Shown: one piece after another, positions 8,933-18,185 of the stretch | Position numbering within the stretch: the stretch's first letter is position 1 | How the letters are laid out: every line of letters begins with the position of its first letter | From: Fibrobacterales bacterium Fibro_02 | GTDB taxonomy: Bacteria; Fibrobacterota; Fibrobacteria; Fibrobacterales; Fibrobacteraceae | Assembly: GCA_001603905.1 (NCBI GenBank) | Contig: LVAE01000102.1 | Location: forward strand, 11,365 to 75,364 | Direction: 5' to 3' | DNA length: 64,000 nucleotides | The notes under the pieces: generated by a model | The model's input: the letters and a program-made list of their open reading frames with translations, nothing else | What the model was told of the DNA's origin: nothing | The model's database searches: none | Program-made: the position numbers and the translations under genes

Positions 8933-9835
8933 ATGGAAGAAATCCCTCTTTGGTATCATCTTGCGGTGTTTTTTGTGCTGGGCGCCTGTGTCGGCAGCTT
9001 TTACAACGTGATCGTGTACCGCATGCCGCGCGGAATTTCGCTGATCAATCCGCCTTCGCACTGCCCCTTGTGCAAGAAGCATATTCCGCTGTATTACAAC
9101 CTGCCCATTGTTGGCTGGCTGATTCTGCGCGGAAAGAGTGCCTGTTGCAAGCAACCGATCAGTATCATCTACCCTATTGGCGAAAGTATTTGCGGCTTGC
9201 TCGGAGCGCTCGCCCTTTATGCGGCGACCGGATTCACGACGAACTTTACCGCCCCGGTGCAGGGTATGGAAGTGTGGGCCGACGCCCTGGCGCTTTTCTG
9301 GCTCCTGCTCGGCATTTATCCGGTGAGCGCGGTTGATTTTAAGTACAAGTTAATTCCCGATTCCATTTCGGTGGGCGGCATTGTCGCGGGGCTCGTCATT
9401 TCGTTTATTCCGGGGGGCGTCACCCCTGTCGAAAGCATTGTGGGCGCTGTAGCTGCCGGCGGTGGCCTTTACCTGTTGGGCTGGGTGGCGACCAAGGTGC
9501 TGAACAAGGCCGCCATGGGCTTTGGCGATGTCAAGCTCCTGGCGGGTTTCGGCGCCATTATGGGCGTGACCCGTGCGGTCGAAGTGCTGGTGGTCGCCTC
9601 GATTCTCGGTATCTTGATTATGGTGCCGTACGCAAAGATTGCCGAACGCCGTGCCGCTAAAAAGGCTGCTCAAAATAAGGCTTCGCAAAATCAAAAAGCT
9701 CCCGCAAACGAGGCGGAAGACGAAGGTGCCGGACAGATTCCCTTTGGTCCGTTCCTCGCTGTGGCCGCCCCGTTTATGTATCTGTGGGGCGATGCGCTGA
9801 AGGAATTTTACCTCAAGTTCGTTGTAGGGGAATAA
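8933..9835 (+). CDS. pilD: Prepilin peptidase/N-methyltransferase (A24A)
   Basis: GSFYNVIVYRMP, SHCPLC, GKSACC, AMGFGDVKL and IPFGPFL motifs; start moved to ATG 8933 (MEEIPLWY). Confidence 0.92.
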   Translation: MEEIPLWYHLAVFFVLGACVGSFYNVIVYRMPRGISLINPPSHCPLCKKHIPLYYNLPIVGWLILRGKSACCKQPISIIYPIGESICGLLGALALYAATGFTTNFTAPVQGMEVWADALALFWLLLGIYPVSAVDFKYKLIPDSISVGGIVAGLVISFIPGGVTPVESIVGAVAAGGGLYLLGWVATKVLNKAAMGFGDVKLLAGFGAIMGVTRAVEVLVVASILGILIMVPYAKIAERRAAKKAAQNKASQNQKAPANEAEDEGAGQIPFGPFLAVAAPFMYLWGDALKEFYLKFVVGE

Positions 9836-9853
9836 TTCGCGGTTGGCGAGTCC

Positions 9854-11458
9854 CTAAATCTTCTGGTAGCGCTCAAAAGTGGTTTCTTTCGCGTTCTTCT
9901 GCAACTCGTAGAAAGCGCGCTGCCATGCCTTGAGGCGATTCCAGTTTTTTTCGCTTTCCTTGCGGATGAAATTTCCGAAGGAATAGACGATGAGTTGGCC
10001 TAGGTCGTAATCTCCGAGTACAAAGCCTTTTAGACCGTAGAAATCGTCAGATAGCTTAAGGTCGGTGGAGTGGATGCTCTTGCCGTCGGCGCTGATGTCT
10101 AGGTGCTTCTTGTGGATGACCAGGGAATAGTAATGCTCCGTTCCATCAAGAATCTTCGCCTTTCCGAATTCCTTTTCCGCGGTGGAAATGGAATCGATGC
10201 CGTTGTAGATCTTGGTGCACAGAGCCGTCTTTTCACTTTCGCATTGGCGGATCTCAAAACCCAGCTTGCCGTCGCTTGAAAGGGAAGATACGAGCACGTT
10301 GTTATCTTCGGTGAGTTCGCTTCCGTCTTGGGAAATCCAGAAGCCGATGGCAAAGCTGCTGTCGTCCGAAAATACGTTCAGTTCCTTGAACCTGTCACGT
10401 ATAGTCGAAGCCCTGACGTTAAGGGAGTCGCTTCCGTTAAAGTTCCTGACGAAGCGGATTCTACCTTCGGGGTAAATGTCGATGGAGCCTGGTGCACCGT
10501 AAAGCTTCTTGATGGTGATGGACTTGCTGATGCTGGGAACCGTCACGAAAAACACACTCTTGATGTTGTCTACGAACCGTGAGGTGTCGATGGAGTGCTC
10601 GTATGCGTTTGCCCACGGCAGCAGGGAACCGTCCGGACCCATGAATCCGTCGTCGTGAGTGTAGCTTACGGTGCGCTCGGTGTTGAAGAATATCGGGACA
10701 ATCAGGGAGTCGAGTGTCTTGTCTTCAAGGGAGTCCATCTCGTTCATCTCGGGGAGCGAAATGACTTCTTCGCCGAAGACCTTTGCGAGGACGCTGTCCT
10801 TCACGACGAGTGTGCCTTCGGAGTACAGTTCCCATTCGACGGGGATGCTCTTTACTCCGCTTTCGTTGGCAATTTCAATTTGTGTAATCGTGGTGTAGGT
10901 GTATCCGTCGTGATTGGCGGGAATTCCGGTGATGGTGATGTATTCCTCGTCTTTGTTTTCTTCAGTGATGGCGGCGCACGAAAGTGTTCCGGTGATGCAG
11001 AGCGTGTCACCGACGGAAAGTCCGTTGTAACGGGGCGATAGCAGAATGGTCCCTGCCGGACCGATGGCGATGGAATTGTATTTGTTTTCCGGCGTCAGGC
11101 GCGTCATTCCTGCCCAGGTGGTATCGTTATGTTCCAAGTTTGCAACGATGCTGTAGGCGTCGGTAGGAGCGCTTACGAAAGTGAAATCGCCGTTGTCGTC
11201 TGTGGTGGTGGAATCTACGACGAGAGTGCGGCCGTTGACGACCTTGGTGAGGAAAATGCGGGCTTGTGAATAATCGCTTTCGTCAGAGGAATAGTCGTAA
11301 TTGTGAATATGCCCGCTGAGGGTATCTGTCGATGCGGTCTGTCCCGATTCGGTCTCGGTGAGGACACCTGCCATGGAATCCTTGTCGCTGCATGCGGAAA
11401 AAAGAGTCGCCATGAGCAAGGCGAGCGTTACAAATTTTGCTGTTTCTCGTCCCGTCAT
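9854..11458 (-). CDS. Lipoprotein with N-terminal carboxypeptidase-regulatory-like domain and C-terminal LamG/ConA-like region
   Basis: Lipobox FSA-C, AGVLTETESG, LSGHI...TTTDDNGDFTF; SFAIGFWI...ILDGTEHYYSLV; 3 bp downstream of a TIGR02147 gene. Confidence 0.7.
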   Translation of the reverse strand: MTGRETAKFVTLALLMATLFSACSDKDSMAGVLTETESGQTASTDTLSGHIHNYDYSSDESDYSQARIFLTKVVNGRTLVVDSTTTDDNGDFTFVSAPTDAYSIVANLEHNDTTWAGMTRLTPENKYNSIAIGPAGTILLSPRYNGLSVGDTLCITGTLSCAAITEENKDEEYITITGIPANHDGYTYTTITQIEIANESGVKSIPVEWELYSEGTLVVKDSVLAKVFGEEVISLPEMNEMDSLEDKTLDSLIVPIFFNTERTVSYTHDDGFMGPDGSLLPWANAYEHSIDTSRFVDNIKSVFFVTVPSISKSITIKKLYGAPGSIDIYPEGRIRFVRNFNGSDSLNVRASTIRDRFKELNVFSDDSSFAIGFWISQDGSELTEDNNVLVSSLSSDGKLGFEIRQCESEKTALCTKIYNGIDSISTAEKEFGKAKILDGTEHYYSLVIHKKHLDISADGKSIHSTDLKLSDDFYGLKGFVLGDYDLGQLIVYSFGNFIRKESEKNWNRLKAWQRAFYELQKNAKETTFERYQKI

Positions 11459-11461
11459 AAT

Positions 11462-12286
11462 CTACTCCAAATTTGAGAACAGGTGAATGTTCATCTGGTA
11501 AACGCCGTCGGCTTGTTCCTTGTCTTCGCCGATAATGCGGCGTGCCTTCGCCTTGAATTCCTGCAGCTCGGCTTCGAGCTTCTTGTACGCTTCGCTCGAA
11601 ATGCTGAAGGTGAGCGTACTCATGACGGTCGGCTGCTTGGGCGGCGTCATTAGGGCCTGTTTCGAAAGTTCAAAGCATTGCAGCTGGTATTGCTTGATCA
11701 GGTCTGCGTTGTTGTACGGTCCGCTACTGATGCTTTCCTTGGTGGGTTTCCAGAATCCGTTCTCGTTCTTGCGTGCAAGTCCGAGGCGTTCCAGGAGGGC
11801 GAGGGAATCCTTCAGTTTGCCAAGCGGCACCTTCGGAAAAATTCGCTTTTGCACCGGAGCCATATCGTCAGTAACGTCCATCGCGTCAAGGATTGCAAAA
11901 AGGGCGCTGTTGTACCAGTGGCTATAATATTCGTAGGCGTCCTCGTTTAGGATATGCTGCGGATTCGGGTGCAGCTTCAGGACTTCCTGCATGGCCGCGT
12001 TGCGTGCGGCGTCGCTTTTTGCCTGGTCCAGTTCTACCAGTGTCTCGAAATACTTGGCCTCTTTCTTGTCAAGCTCCAGAATCTCGATGAACTTCTGCAC
12101 CATGCGAGGGCTGACCTTCTTTCCCCTGAGAACGTCGGCAAAGTAGCTGCGGCTTTTCTCGAGACCCAGCAGGTTGCAAATTTCGGTACGGGTAAAATGG
12201 GGCTCCGCGTTGGCGCGGGCCGCTTGGTATTCTTCCAGGAACTTGCGGAAGTGCGTAAACTGGTATATGTCTAAATACGGATTCAT
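11462..12286 (-). CDS. TIGR02147 family protein (HTH-like N-terminus + DUF4423)
   Basis: IYQFTHFRKFLEEY, YYSHWYNSAL, STLTFSIS and GVYQMNIHLF match the Fibrobacter paralogous family; start set at ATG 12286. Confidence 0.88.
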   Translation of the reverse strand: MNPYLDIYQFTHFRKFLEEYQAARANAEPHFTRTEICNLLGLEKSRSYFADVLRGKKVSPRMVQKFIEILELDKKEAKYFETLVELDQAKSDAARNAAMQEVLKLHPNPQHILNEDAYEYYSHWYNSALFAILDAMDVTDDMAPVQKRIFPKVPLGKLKDSLALLERLGLARKNENGFWKPTKESISSGPYNNADLIKQYQLQCFELSKQALMTPPKQPTVMSTLTFSISSEAYKKLEAELQEFKAKARRIIGEDKEQADGVYQMNIHLFSNLE

Positions 12287-12346
12287 TGTTGTTCTTTCTA
12301 TTCTCTGCTTAATATAACAAAAAATCCCTGAATATGCGAAATTTTT

Positions 12347-12388
12347 TGAGAACATTCAGGAAAAACTGTTGAAATAATGAGAACATTC
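12347..12388. promoter_or_regulatory. Direct repeat TGAGAACATTC x2, candidate operator
   Basis: Identical 11-mers at 12347-12357 and 12378-12388 (31-bp period) in a divergent intergenic region. Confidence 0.45.
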
Positions 12389-12503
12389 GTTCCGTTGTGT
12401 GATTTCGGTCTCATTTTTGGTGTTTTTTGCACGATGATAACACATTTTTACTGGTCCAAACGCGCCGTTTCTCTTGAAAAAGGGCTATCTTTAAGAATAG
12501 CCC

Positions 12504-14504
12504 ATGAAAAAGTCGAAACTTGAATTGAATATGTCCCGGATGGGGCTTCTTGTCGCAGCGCTGCTTTGTGTGCTTGCCTCGCAAACGTTTGCGCGTCCGG
12601 CGGAGGCTGGTATTAGGACTGTCCTCAATAAGGACGGTTCTTCGGTCTCTATTCAGGAATTCGGCGACGAATACTACCATTTTGCCGAGACCAATGATGG
12701 TTTCCTTGTGGATGTGAACCGAGACGGAAACTACGTCTATGTGGGTGAGGATGGTCTGGAATCCGAAATCGTGGCGAAAAATGCGGTTGACCGCACTGAC
12801 GAAGAAAAAGCTTTTTTGAAAACGATTGATCAGAAAACCGCTCGCACAAATCACCGTGAAATAAATGAGACCCCCTTTCCCGAAGATGGCTCACTGATAT
12901 CGAATTCTTTCGTCCATGCTCCGCTGATGGCCTATAACCAGGATGGCGAAGTTGCCGTAAGGTACCGCCCAGAACCGCTAGCGTGGACGACGGGGGAACG
13001 CTGGTTCCCGGTGATACTGGTCGGAACATCCGATAAGCCATATGGTGATTCGACAAGGTTCTACAATTACTTCAATAGGAATGGATACAGCGAGGACGGC
13101 TACTTCGGTAGCATCCGCGACTATTTCCTGTTCGTTTCTGATAGTCTCTTTAACCCGCATTTTGATGTTTACCCCGTTGAGATCGATGTGTCGATCGAAA
13201 GCTTTGGTTCTGGGAATTCCTATCAAGAGGGCGCGTTTATGGCAACGGTTCTGGACAAGTTGGGCGAACGCAGTGATTTCCAGGAAAATGCCCTAAAGTA
13301 TTGTTCTAGCGGCAAGAATGTCGACGGTTTCTTTTTCCTTTATCCCGGAATGGAAGAGGACGTTATTTCGTTGAGTGAAAAAATCTTTTGGTCACATATG
13401 AGTCAGATGTATCTAAACGGCTCCGTTTCGGGCTGGTCGAAAAGCTACAAGGCTGGGGGAGTCAACTTTGATAGGTATGTGTTTGCCCCGCAATTTCTTG
13501 ACGGATCGAAGAATAAGATCATCAACACGACGGGAACGAACGTGCATGAGTTCAGCCATGTGATGGGACTAGGTGATCATTATGCTAAGGCGGCGGATGG
13601 CTCGCAAATTAACGGTCCTGGCTATTTTGATCTTATGTCGCAGGGAATGTACAACGGAACCTACAATAATGCGGGCAATGTCCCGATGGGTTATTCTGCC
13701 TTCGAAAAAGAAGCGGTTGGGTGGTTGACCTTGCAGGAATTGGAAGAAGGCAAGGTCTATTCCCTGAAAAAATTGAGCAAGATGCAGGCGTATTCCATCA
13801 CGAATCCGAACTTTAACAACGAATACTACATCATCGAATATCGCCCCGCTGAAAAATATGATGCGTATGTGGACACGCGTATGACTGCCCCCCGGAACGG
13901 TGTCTATGTGTGGTATATTGATTATAACAAGAGCCTGTATGAAACCAAGAACAATATAAATGGCGATATAAGTCACCAGCGTATTGCGTTGAACAAGGTG
14001 CTTGAGGCGGGTGGCTACTATGTGGATTTTCTTTACGTGAATAAGGATGGCGTTCCTGCCGTGCCGGGTGTCTATAACTTCGTTTTCGATGGCGAAAGAA
14101 GGGTTTGCTTTACGACTTCGCCGGACTTGTCGTTAGAGGAATGCCCCGAAGATTCTACACAGGAAGACGAAAGCTCCAGCAGCGAAGAATCTTCTTCCAG
14201 TTCTGCAGAAATTTCTTCGTCGAGCGAAGCGCCGGAATCCAGCTCGTCTGAAACGGTGGGCATTGCCGCGAATGTCGGCGCTGTGCCGCAAGTTCAGATG
14301 GTTCTTGAGGGTGGCCTGCTCCACGTGCAGACGGAAATTTCTGGCCTCAAGGGTTTGCAACTGTTCGACTTGCAGGGACATCTGCTTCAGTCGGAAAAAT
14401 TCTCCGAAAATTCAACGACTCTTGAAATCGGAAAATTCAGCCGCGGAAAGTATATCGTGCGGCTGACCGTAGGCAATAAGATTATTGCCGTGAAAAGAAT
14501 TTAA
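12504..14504 (+). CDS. Secreted M6 family (immune inhibitor A-like) metalloprotease with Ser-rich linker and C-terminal sorting-like domain
   Basis: Signal peptide, propeptide (GDEYYHFAETNDG), HEFSHVMGLGD zincin motif, FDLMSQG, SAFEK..GW; tail LFDLQG...GKYIVRL. Confidence 0.88.
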   Translation: MKKSKLELNMSRMGLLVAALLCVLASQTFARPAEAGIRTVLNKDGSSVSIQEFGDEYYHFAETNDGFLVDVNRDGNYVYVGEDGLESEIVAKNAVDRTDEEKAFLKTIDQKTARTNHREINETPFPEDGSLISNSFVHAPLMAYNQDGEVAVRYRPEPLAWTTGERWFPVILVGTSDKPYGDSTRFYNYFNRNGYSEDGYFGSIRDYFLFVSDSLFNPHFDVYPVEIDVSIESFGSGNSYQEGAFMATVLDKLGERSDFQENALKYCSSGKNVDGFFFLYPGMEEDVISLSEKIFWSHMSQMYLNGSVSGWSKSYKAGGVNFDRYVFAPQFLDGSKNKIINTTGTNVHEFSHVMGLGDHYAKAADGSQINGPGYFDLMSQGMYNGTYNNAGNVPMGYSAFEKEAVGWLTLQELEEGKVYSLKKLSKMQAYSITNPNFNNEYYIIEYRPAEKYDAYVDTRMTAPRNGVYVWYIDYNKSLYETKNNINGDISHQRIALNKVLEAGGYYVDFLYVNKDGVPAVPGVYNFVFDGERRVCFTTSPDLSLEECPEDSTQEDESSSSEESSSSSAEISSSSEAPESSSSETVGIAANVGAVPQVQMVLEGGLLHVQTEISGLKGLQLFDLQGHLLQSEKFSENSTTLEIGKFSRGKYIVRLTVGNKIIAVKRI

Positions 14505-14552
14505 GGAATAGAAGTGAATGCCCCTGCATATTTGCGAAGAGCAGGAGGCGGT

Positions 14553-15401
14553 TTATTTCCCGCCGACGGGGAATAGTGCGAATTCTAGCTGGAAAACTTT
14601 ATCGCTCCCTTCGTCTTCTTCGGCGAGGAGCGCAATTTCTTTGCGGAAGGCGTTGATGCGTTCTACGATGCGTTCGTAGCCTTCTTGGCTGATGCCGAGC
14701 GTGAGTCCCGAAATGTGGCGCGTGCCCGGAGGGTCGCGGTCGATGGAGTCGGCGGCAAGCTTGAGGCATTGCTGGTGGTAGCCGCGGAGAGCGAGTTTAG
14801 AGGTGCGGTCGCCGGTCGTAATGGCACTTTCTGTCAGAACGTATTTGCCGCTTTCGTCTTTCTTGATCAGCTGGCATTCTTCAAGCAACTTTACCGATTT
14901 TTTCGCCTCGTCGGCGGTGATATGCGGATGCACCTGCTTGGCGAGCGCTTCGAAGTCGCCGTCAAAACCGAATAGTCCGATAAGACTACGGACGGTAAGG
15001 TGCCGCCAATCCGAATACACCATGTACTGGGCGTGCCCGAGCAGGTGCTGCTTTTCGGCGAAACGGACAACCTTAAGCGTTGTCTGCATTTCTTCGAAAG
15101 CGGTGTTCCTTTCTTCGGTGGTTTCGGCCTGGTTGAACTTGACGAGCGCGACGAAGAATTCCGTTTCGTGTTTGCCGAGGCGCAGCCCCGAGGCGACCTT
15201 TGGAATGCTCTGGTTAGACAGATTCTTGTCGCCGTTCATCACGCGGCTGATAAAATCCTTCGCCTTGAAACCGATCCTGTCCGAAAACACGCGGAGCGAA
15301 AAGGCGGGGTTCGCCTCTTTCTTTGCGTTGTAGTAATCTTTCAAGAATTCCCGGTAGTCCAGGTACTCGAAGATTTTCTTTGTCGGTTTCGTTTCGGCCA
15401 T
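14553..15401 (-). CDS. TIGR02147 family protein
   Basis: IFEYLDYREFLKDYY, FSLRVFS, YSDWRH, RHISGLTLGIS and VFQLEFALFP motifs. Confidence 0.92.
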   Translation of the reverse strand: MAETKPTKKIFEYLDYREFLKDYYNAKKEANPAFSLRVFSDRIGFKAKDFISRVMNGDKNLSNQSIPKVASGLRLGKHETEFFVALVKFNQAETTEERNTAFEEMQTTLKVVRFAEKQHLLGHAQYMVYSDWRHLTVRSLIGLFGFDGDFEALAKQVHPHITADEAKKSVKLLEECQLIKKDESGKYVLTESAITTGDRTSKLALRGYHQQCLKLAADSIDRDPPGTRHISGLTLGISQEGYERIVERINAFRKEIALLAEEDEGSDKVFQLEFALFPVGGK

Positions 15402-15553
15402 GCCCTAAATGTAAGAAAAATGTCTGCTTGTGGGTATGCCTTTGATGTTTTCCCGTTGTCCAGAAACAACGCAAAATGTGATGAATATCAAAAAATGCTT
15501 TGAAAAGGGAGCGACGGAATATAGATTATAGGTATAAAAAAAGGTGTACAGAT

Positions 15554-18133
15554 ATGAAAATGATGGGAAAAAAGTTTGGTAACATCGCCTTGTCGGGCGT
15601 TGTCTCGATTTTAGGAATTTCTGCAGTGCAGGCCGCTGTTCCGGTGAGCGAAGTGGTGAGTCTGCCGACGGATGCCGCCTACGGTGGTGGTGACAAGGTT
15701 GGTTCGCAGCTGGTTGCGGCTACCTACAATGCGGGCGAGGGTCCGGGTATCTGGATTGTGGCCGATGGCGGCTACAGGCTCTACCATAACGGTGCGCTCC
15801 TTGCCGAGGATAACCAGGCGGGCCGCGTGCGCTTTGTGCCGATGACCTTCCTTCCCGGCGAGAACGCGATTTCGGTCGTGGGCGTGAACGGCCAGGGTGC
15901 TCCCGGTGTCATGGTGCAGATTGATGACCTCGACAAGTCCTACTATTCCGGCAGCGGCTGGAAATCGAAACCCGTGGTAAGCAACAACTCCTGGAAGAAC
16001 AAGGGTCGTGACCTTAGCCAGTGGGGTGGAGCGACGACCCTGAACTATGCGAGCAACAAGCTCCCGAGCGGGGCTGCCCTTACGGGATTTGCCGCGAATA
16101 CGCAGGCCAAGTGGATTTGGAGCGGCGCGGAAACCGACCCGACGGCCGTATTGCTTTTCACGTTCAACGTGAAGGCCGAAGGTTTCGGAGCCAATACCAC
16201 TGGCGGCGATGCGGGTAACATCGTCATCGCGAGCGATACCGCCACTATTCGTAAGCATATGCAGAGTAACGATGCGGTGACAATCCTTGTGCCCGAAGGT
16301 ACTTACGACTTCAGAAAGTTCGTAGATGCGGCCACATCTGCCGCCAATTCGGGATGGACTTGGTGCAAGTCTTCCTGTGGCAACACTGTCAATTCCAACA
16401 ACACCTTTTACCGTATCAGCTTTACGCAGAACAGCTGTTCCGGCCTTAGCGAACAGACCACGATGGTGTCTGCGGGTGAAATCAAGAGTTGGAGCAACTG
16501 GATTACGACCAAGGGCAACAAGAGCCTCGTGGGTATGGGCCGTGGCGCAAATATGCGCGGTGTTTCGTGGTCAAACCGTTCCTACGAAGGTGCCAAGAAC
16601 AACATTTATCGCAACTTGGCCCTTTACGATGTGAACCCGCACCTTATTGAGGGGGGCGATGGTCTCGAAGTGAGCGGCAGCGGCGGCAAGGAAGTTGAAA
16701 ATATGTGGTTCGACCACATCAGCTACAAGTGGATTAGCGATGGCATGGACTTGGAATATGTCAAGGGCATCACCGTTTCGTATCTAGACTATGATGGCAG
16801 CAACGAGTACAACTGCTACTATTACGATCCGTATATGCACCTGGTTGAAACGGCGCAACTGACTTTTGCGAATGTCTATTGGCACAATTCTTTCGGACGC
16901 GTTCCCAAGGTGACGAGCGAGGCGGATGGTTCCTACGCCTCGATGGTCCACATCTACAATTCCTATGTGGATTACAACCACTGGCATGTGATTGATGCCT
17001 CCGGGAAAAGCGACAAGAAGACGCAAGTCCTTTACGAAAACAACTATGTGAAAAATCCGCAAATTCAGGTGGCCGGAAAGGATGCCTATTCCTTGATCAA
17101 GTTCAAGAATACGACGGTCACCGGAGCAAAGAGCTCCACCCCCTATAACAACAATGGAACATCTCAGGCGTCGGCGTTCAATGACAATGTCTTTACGCCT
17201 TCTTATTCTTACGAACTACGCAGCAATTCAAGCCTTCCTACCGATCTCCCGAAACTTGTGGGCGTGGGTGGCCGCTACGGCAAGATGCCCGAATACAACC
17301 AGGCTTTAGGACTGAGCAACAAGGCGGCTAGCGTTTCTCTCTCTGCTCCCGCAATGGGGGCGAAATTTGAAGCCGGTGCAACGGTGACCTTGAAGGCCGA
17401 CGCGAAGGATAGCGATGGTTCCGTGAAGAGTGTCGCCTTCTACGTGGGCAACACGCTGGTCGGTTCTGCAACTGCCGCACCCTACCAGGTGAATGCAAGC
17501 GGGCTTGAACCGGGCGTGTATTCCGCGGTTGCCGTGGTGACAGACAATTCGGGTCTTTCGCAGATGTCCGCGTTCGTGACCTTCTCTGTCGAAGGGACTG
17601 CTTATCCCGAGGTCGTGAAGTGCGGAGCCGGTTCCAGCAGCCAGAGCATCAATCTGGGTGAACCGATTGTGGATTTCTGCTACACCTGGAGCGGCGCCGA
17701 GACGGTCGTGCCCCAAGGCTTCCCGGCAGGTGTTACGACTAGCATCGATAAGGAAAACCGCAAGATTTCTATCAGCGGCACTCCCACTGCGGCTGGCGAA
17801 TATGCCTTCACCGTCACGGCGACCAACAACGATTCCACCTTTGTCAAGAGCGGCCGCATCGTGGTTGCAGACCCGAATGCTCCCGAATCATCTTCGAGTA
17901 CTGAACTGGAGTCTTCTTCGGGCGAAGTTATTGAATCCAGCAGCGGAACGACTTCGATTGCGCAACGCATAAACCTGTCAACTGAAGCCGAAACGGGCTT
18001 CTACCGCATCTTCGATATGCAGGGCCGTCCTTTGTTTGCTGGCGAACATAAGCCGGCAAAGATGCCTGCCGCCCGCGTCATTGTCGTGGAATATACGAAA
18101 AACGGCGCCCTCAAGCGCCGCTACATACAGTAG
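15554..18133 (+). CDS. Secreted PL1 pectin/pectate lyase with N-terminal lectin-like module, Ig-like domains and C-terminal tail
   Basis: AEGFGANTTGG, NKSLVG, WFDH, GRVPKV, VHIYNSY and VLYENNY; Big-like ADAKDSDGSVKSVAFY; ESSSS linker; RIFDMQG tail. Confidence 0.85.
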   Translation: MKMMGKKFGNIALSGVVSILGISAVQAAVPVSEVVSLPTDAAYGGGDKVGSQLVAATYNAGEGPGIWIVADGGYRLYHNGALLAEDNQAGRVRFVPMTFLPGENAISVVGVNGQGAPGVMVQIDDLDKSYYSGSGWKSKPVVSNNSWKNKGRDLSQWGGATTLNYASNKLPSGAALTGFAANTQAKWIWSGAETDPTAVLLFTFNVKAEGFGANTTGGDAGNIVIASDTATIRKHMQSNDAVTILVPEGTYDFRKFVDAATSAANSGWTWCKSSCGNTVNSNNTFYRISFTQNSCSGLSEQTTMVSAGEIKSWSNWITTKGNKSLVGMGRGANMRGVSWSNRSYEGAKNNIYRNLALYDVNPHLIEGGDGLEVSGSGGKEVENMWFDHISYKWISDGMDLEYVKGITVSYLDYDGSNEYNCYYYDPYMHLVETAQLTFANVYWHNSFGRVPKVTSEADGSYASMVHIYNSYVDYNHWHVIDASGKSDKKTQVLYENNYVKNPQIQVAGKDAYSLIKFKNTTVTGAKSSTPYNNNGTSQASAFNDNVFTPSYSYELRSNSSLPTDLPKLVGVGGRYGKMPEYNQALGLSNKAASVSLSAPAMGAKFEAGATVTLKADAKDSDGSVKSVAFYVGNTLVGSATAAPYQVNASGLEPGVYSAVAVVTDNSGLSQMSAFVTFSVEGTAYPEVVKCGAGSSSQSINLGEPIVDFCYTWSGAETVVPQGFPAGVTTSIDKENRKISISGTPTAAGEYAFTVTATNNDSTFVKSGRIVVADPNAPESSSSTELESSSGEVIESSSGTTSIAQRINLSTEAETGFYRIFDMQGRPLFAGEHKPAKMPAARVIVVEYTKNGALKRRYIQ

Positions 18134-18137
18134 TATA

Positions 18138-18185
18138 GTCATTCTCGACCCTGGAGTGCGTAGCACGATAGGGGAGGGATTCCAT
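18138..18185. repeat. REP-like palindromic element (GTCATTCTCGAC...GGA[A/T]TCCA family)
   Basis: Shares ends with copies at 23001, 43964 and 44010; lies between convergent genes. Confidence 0.7.
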
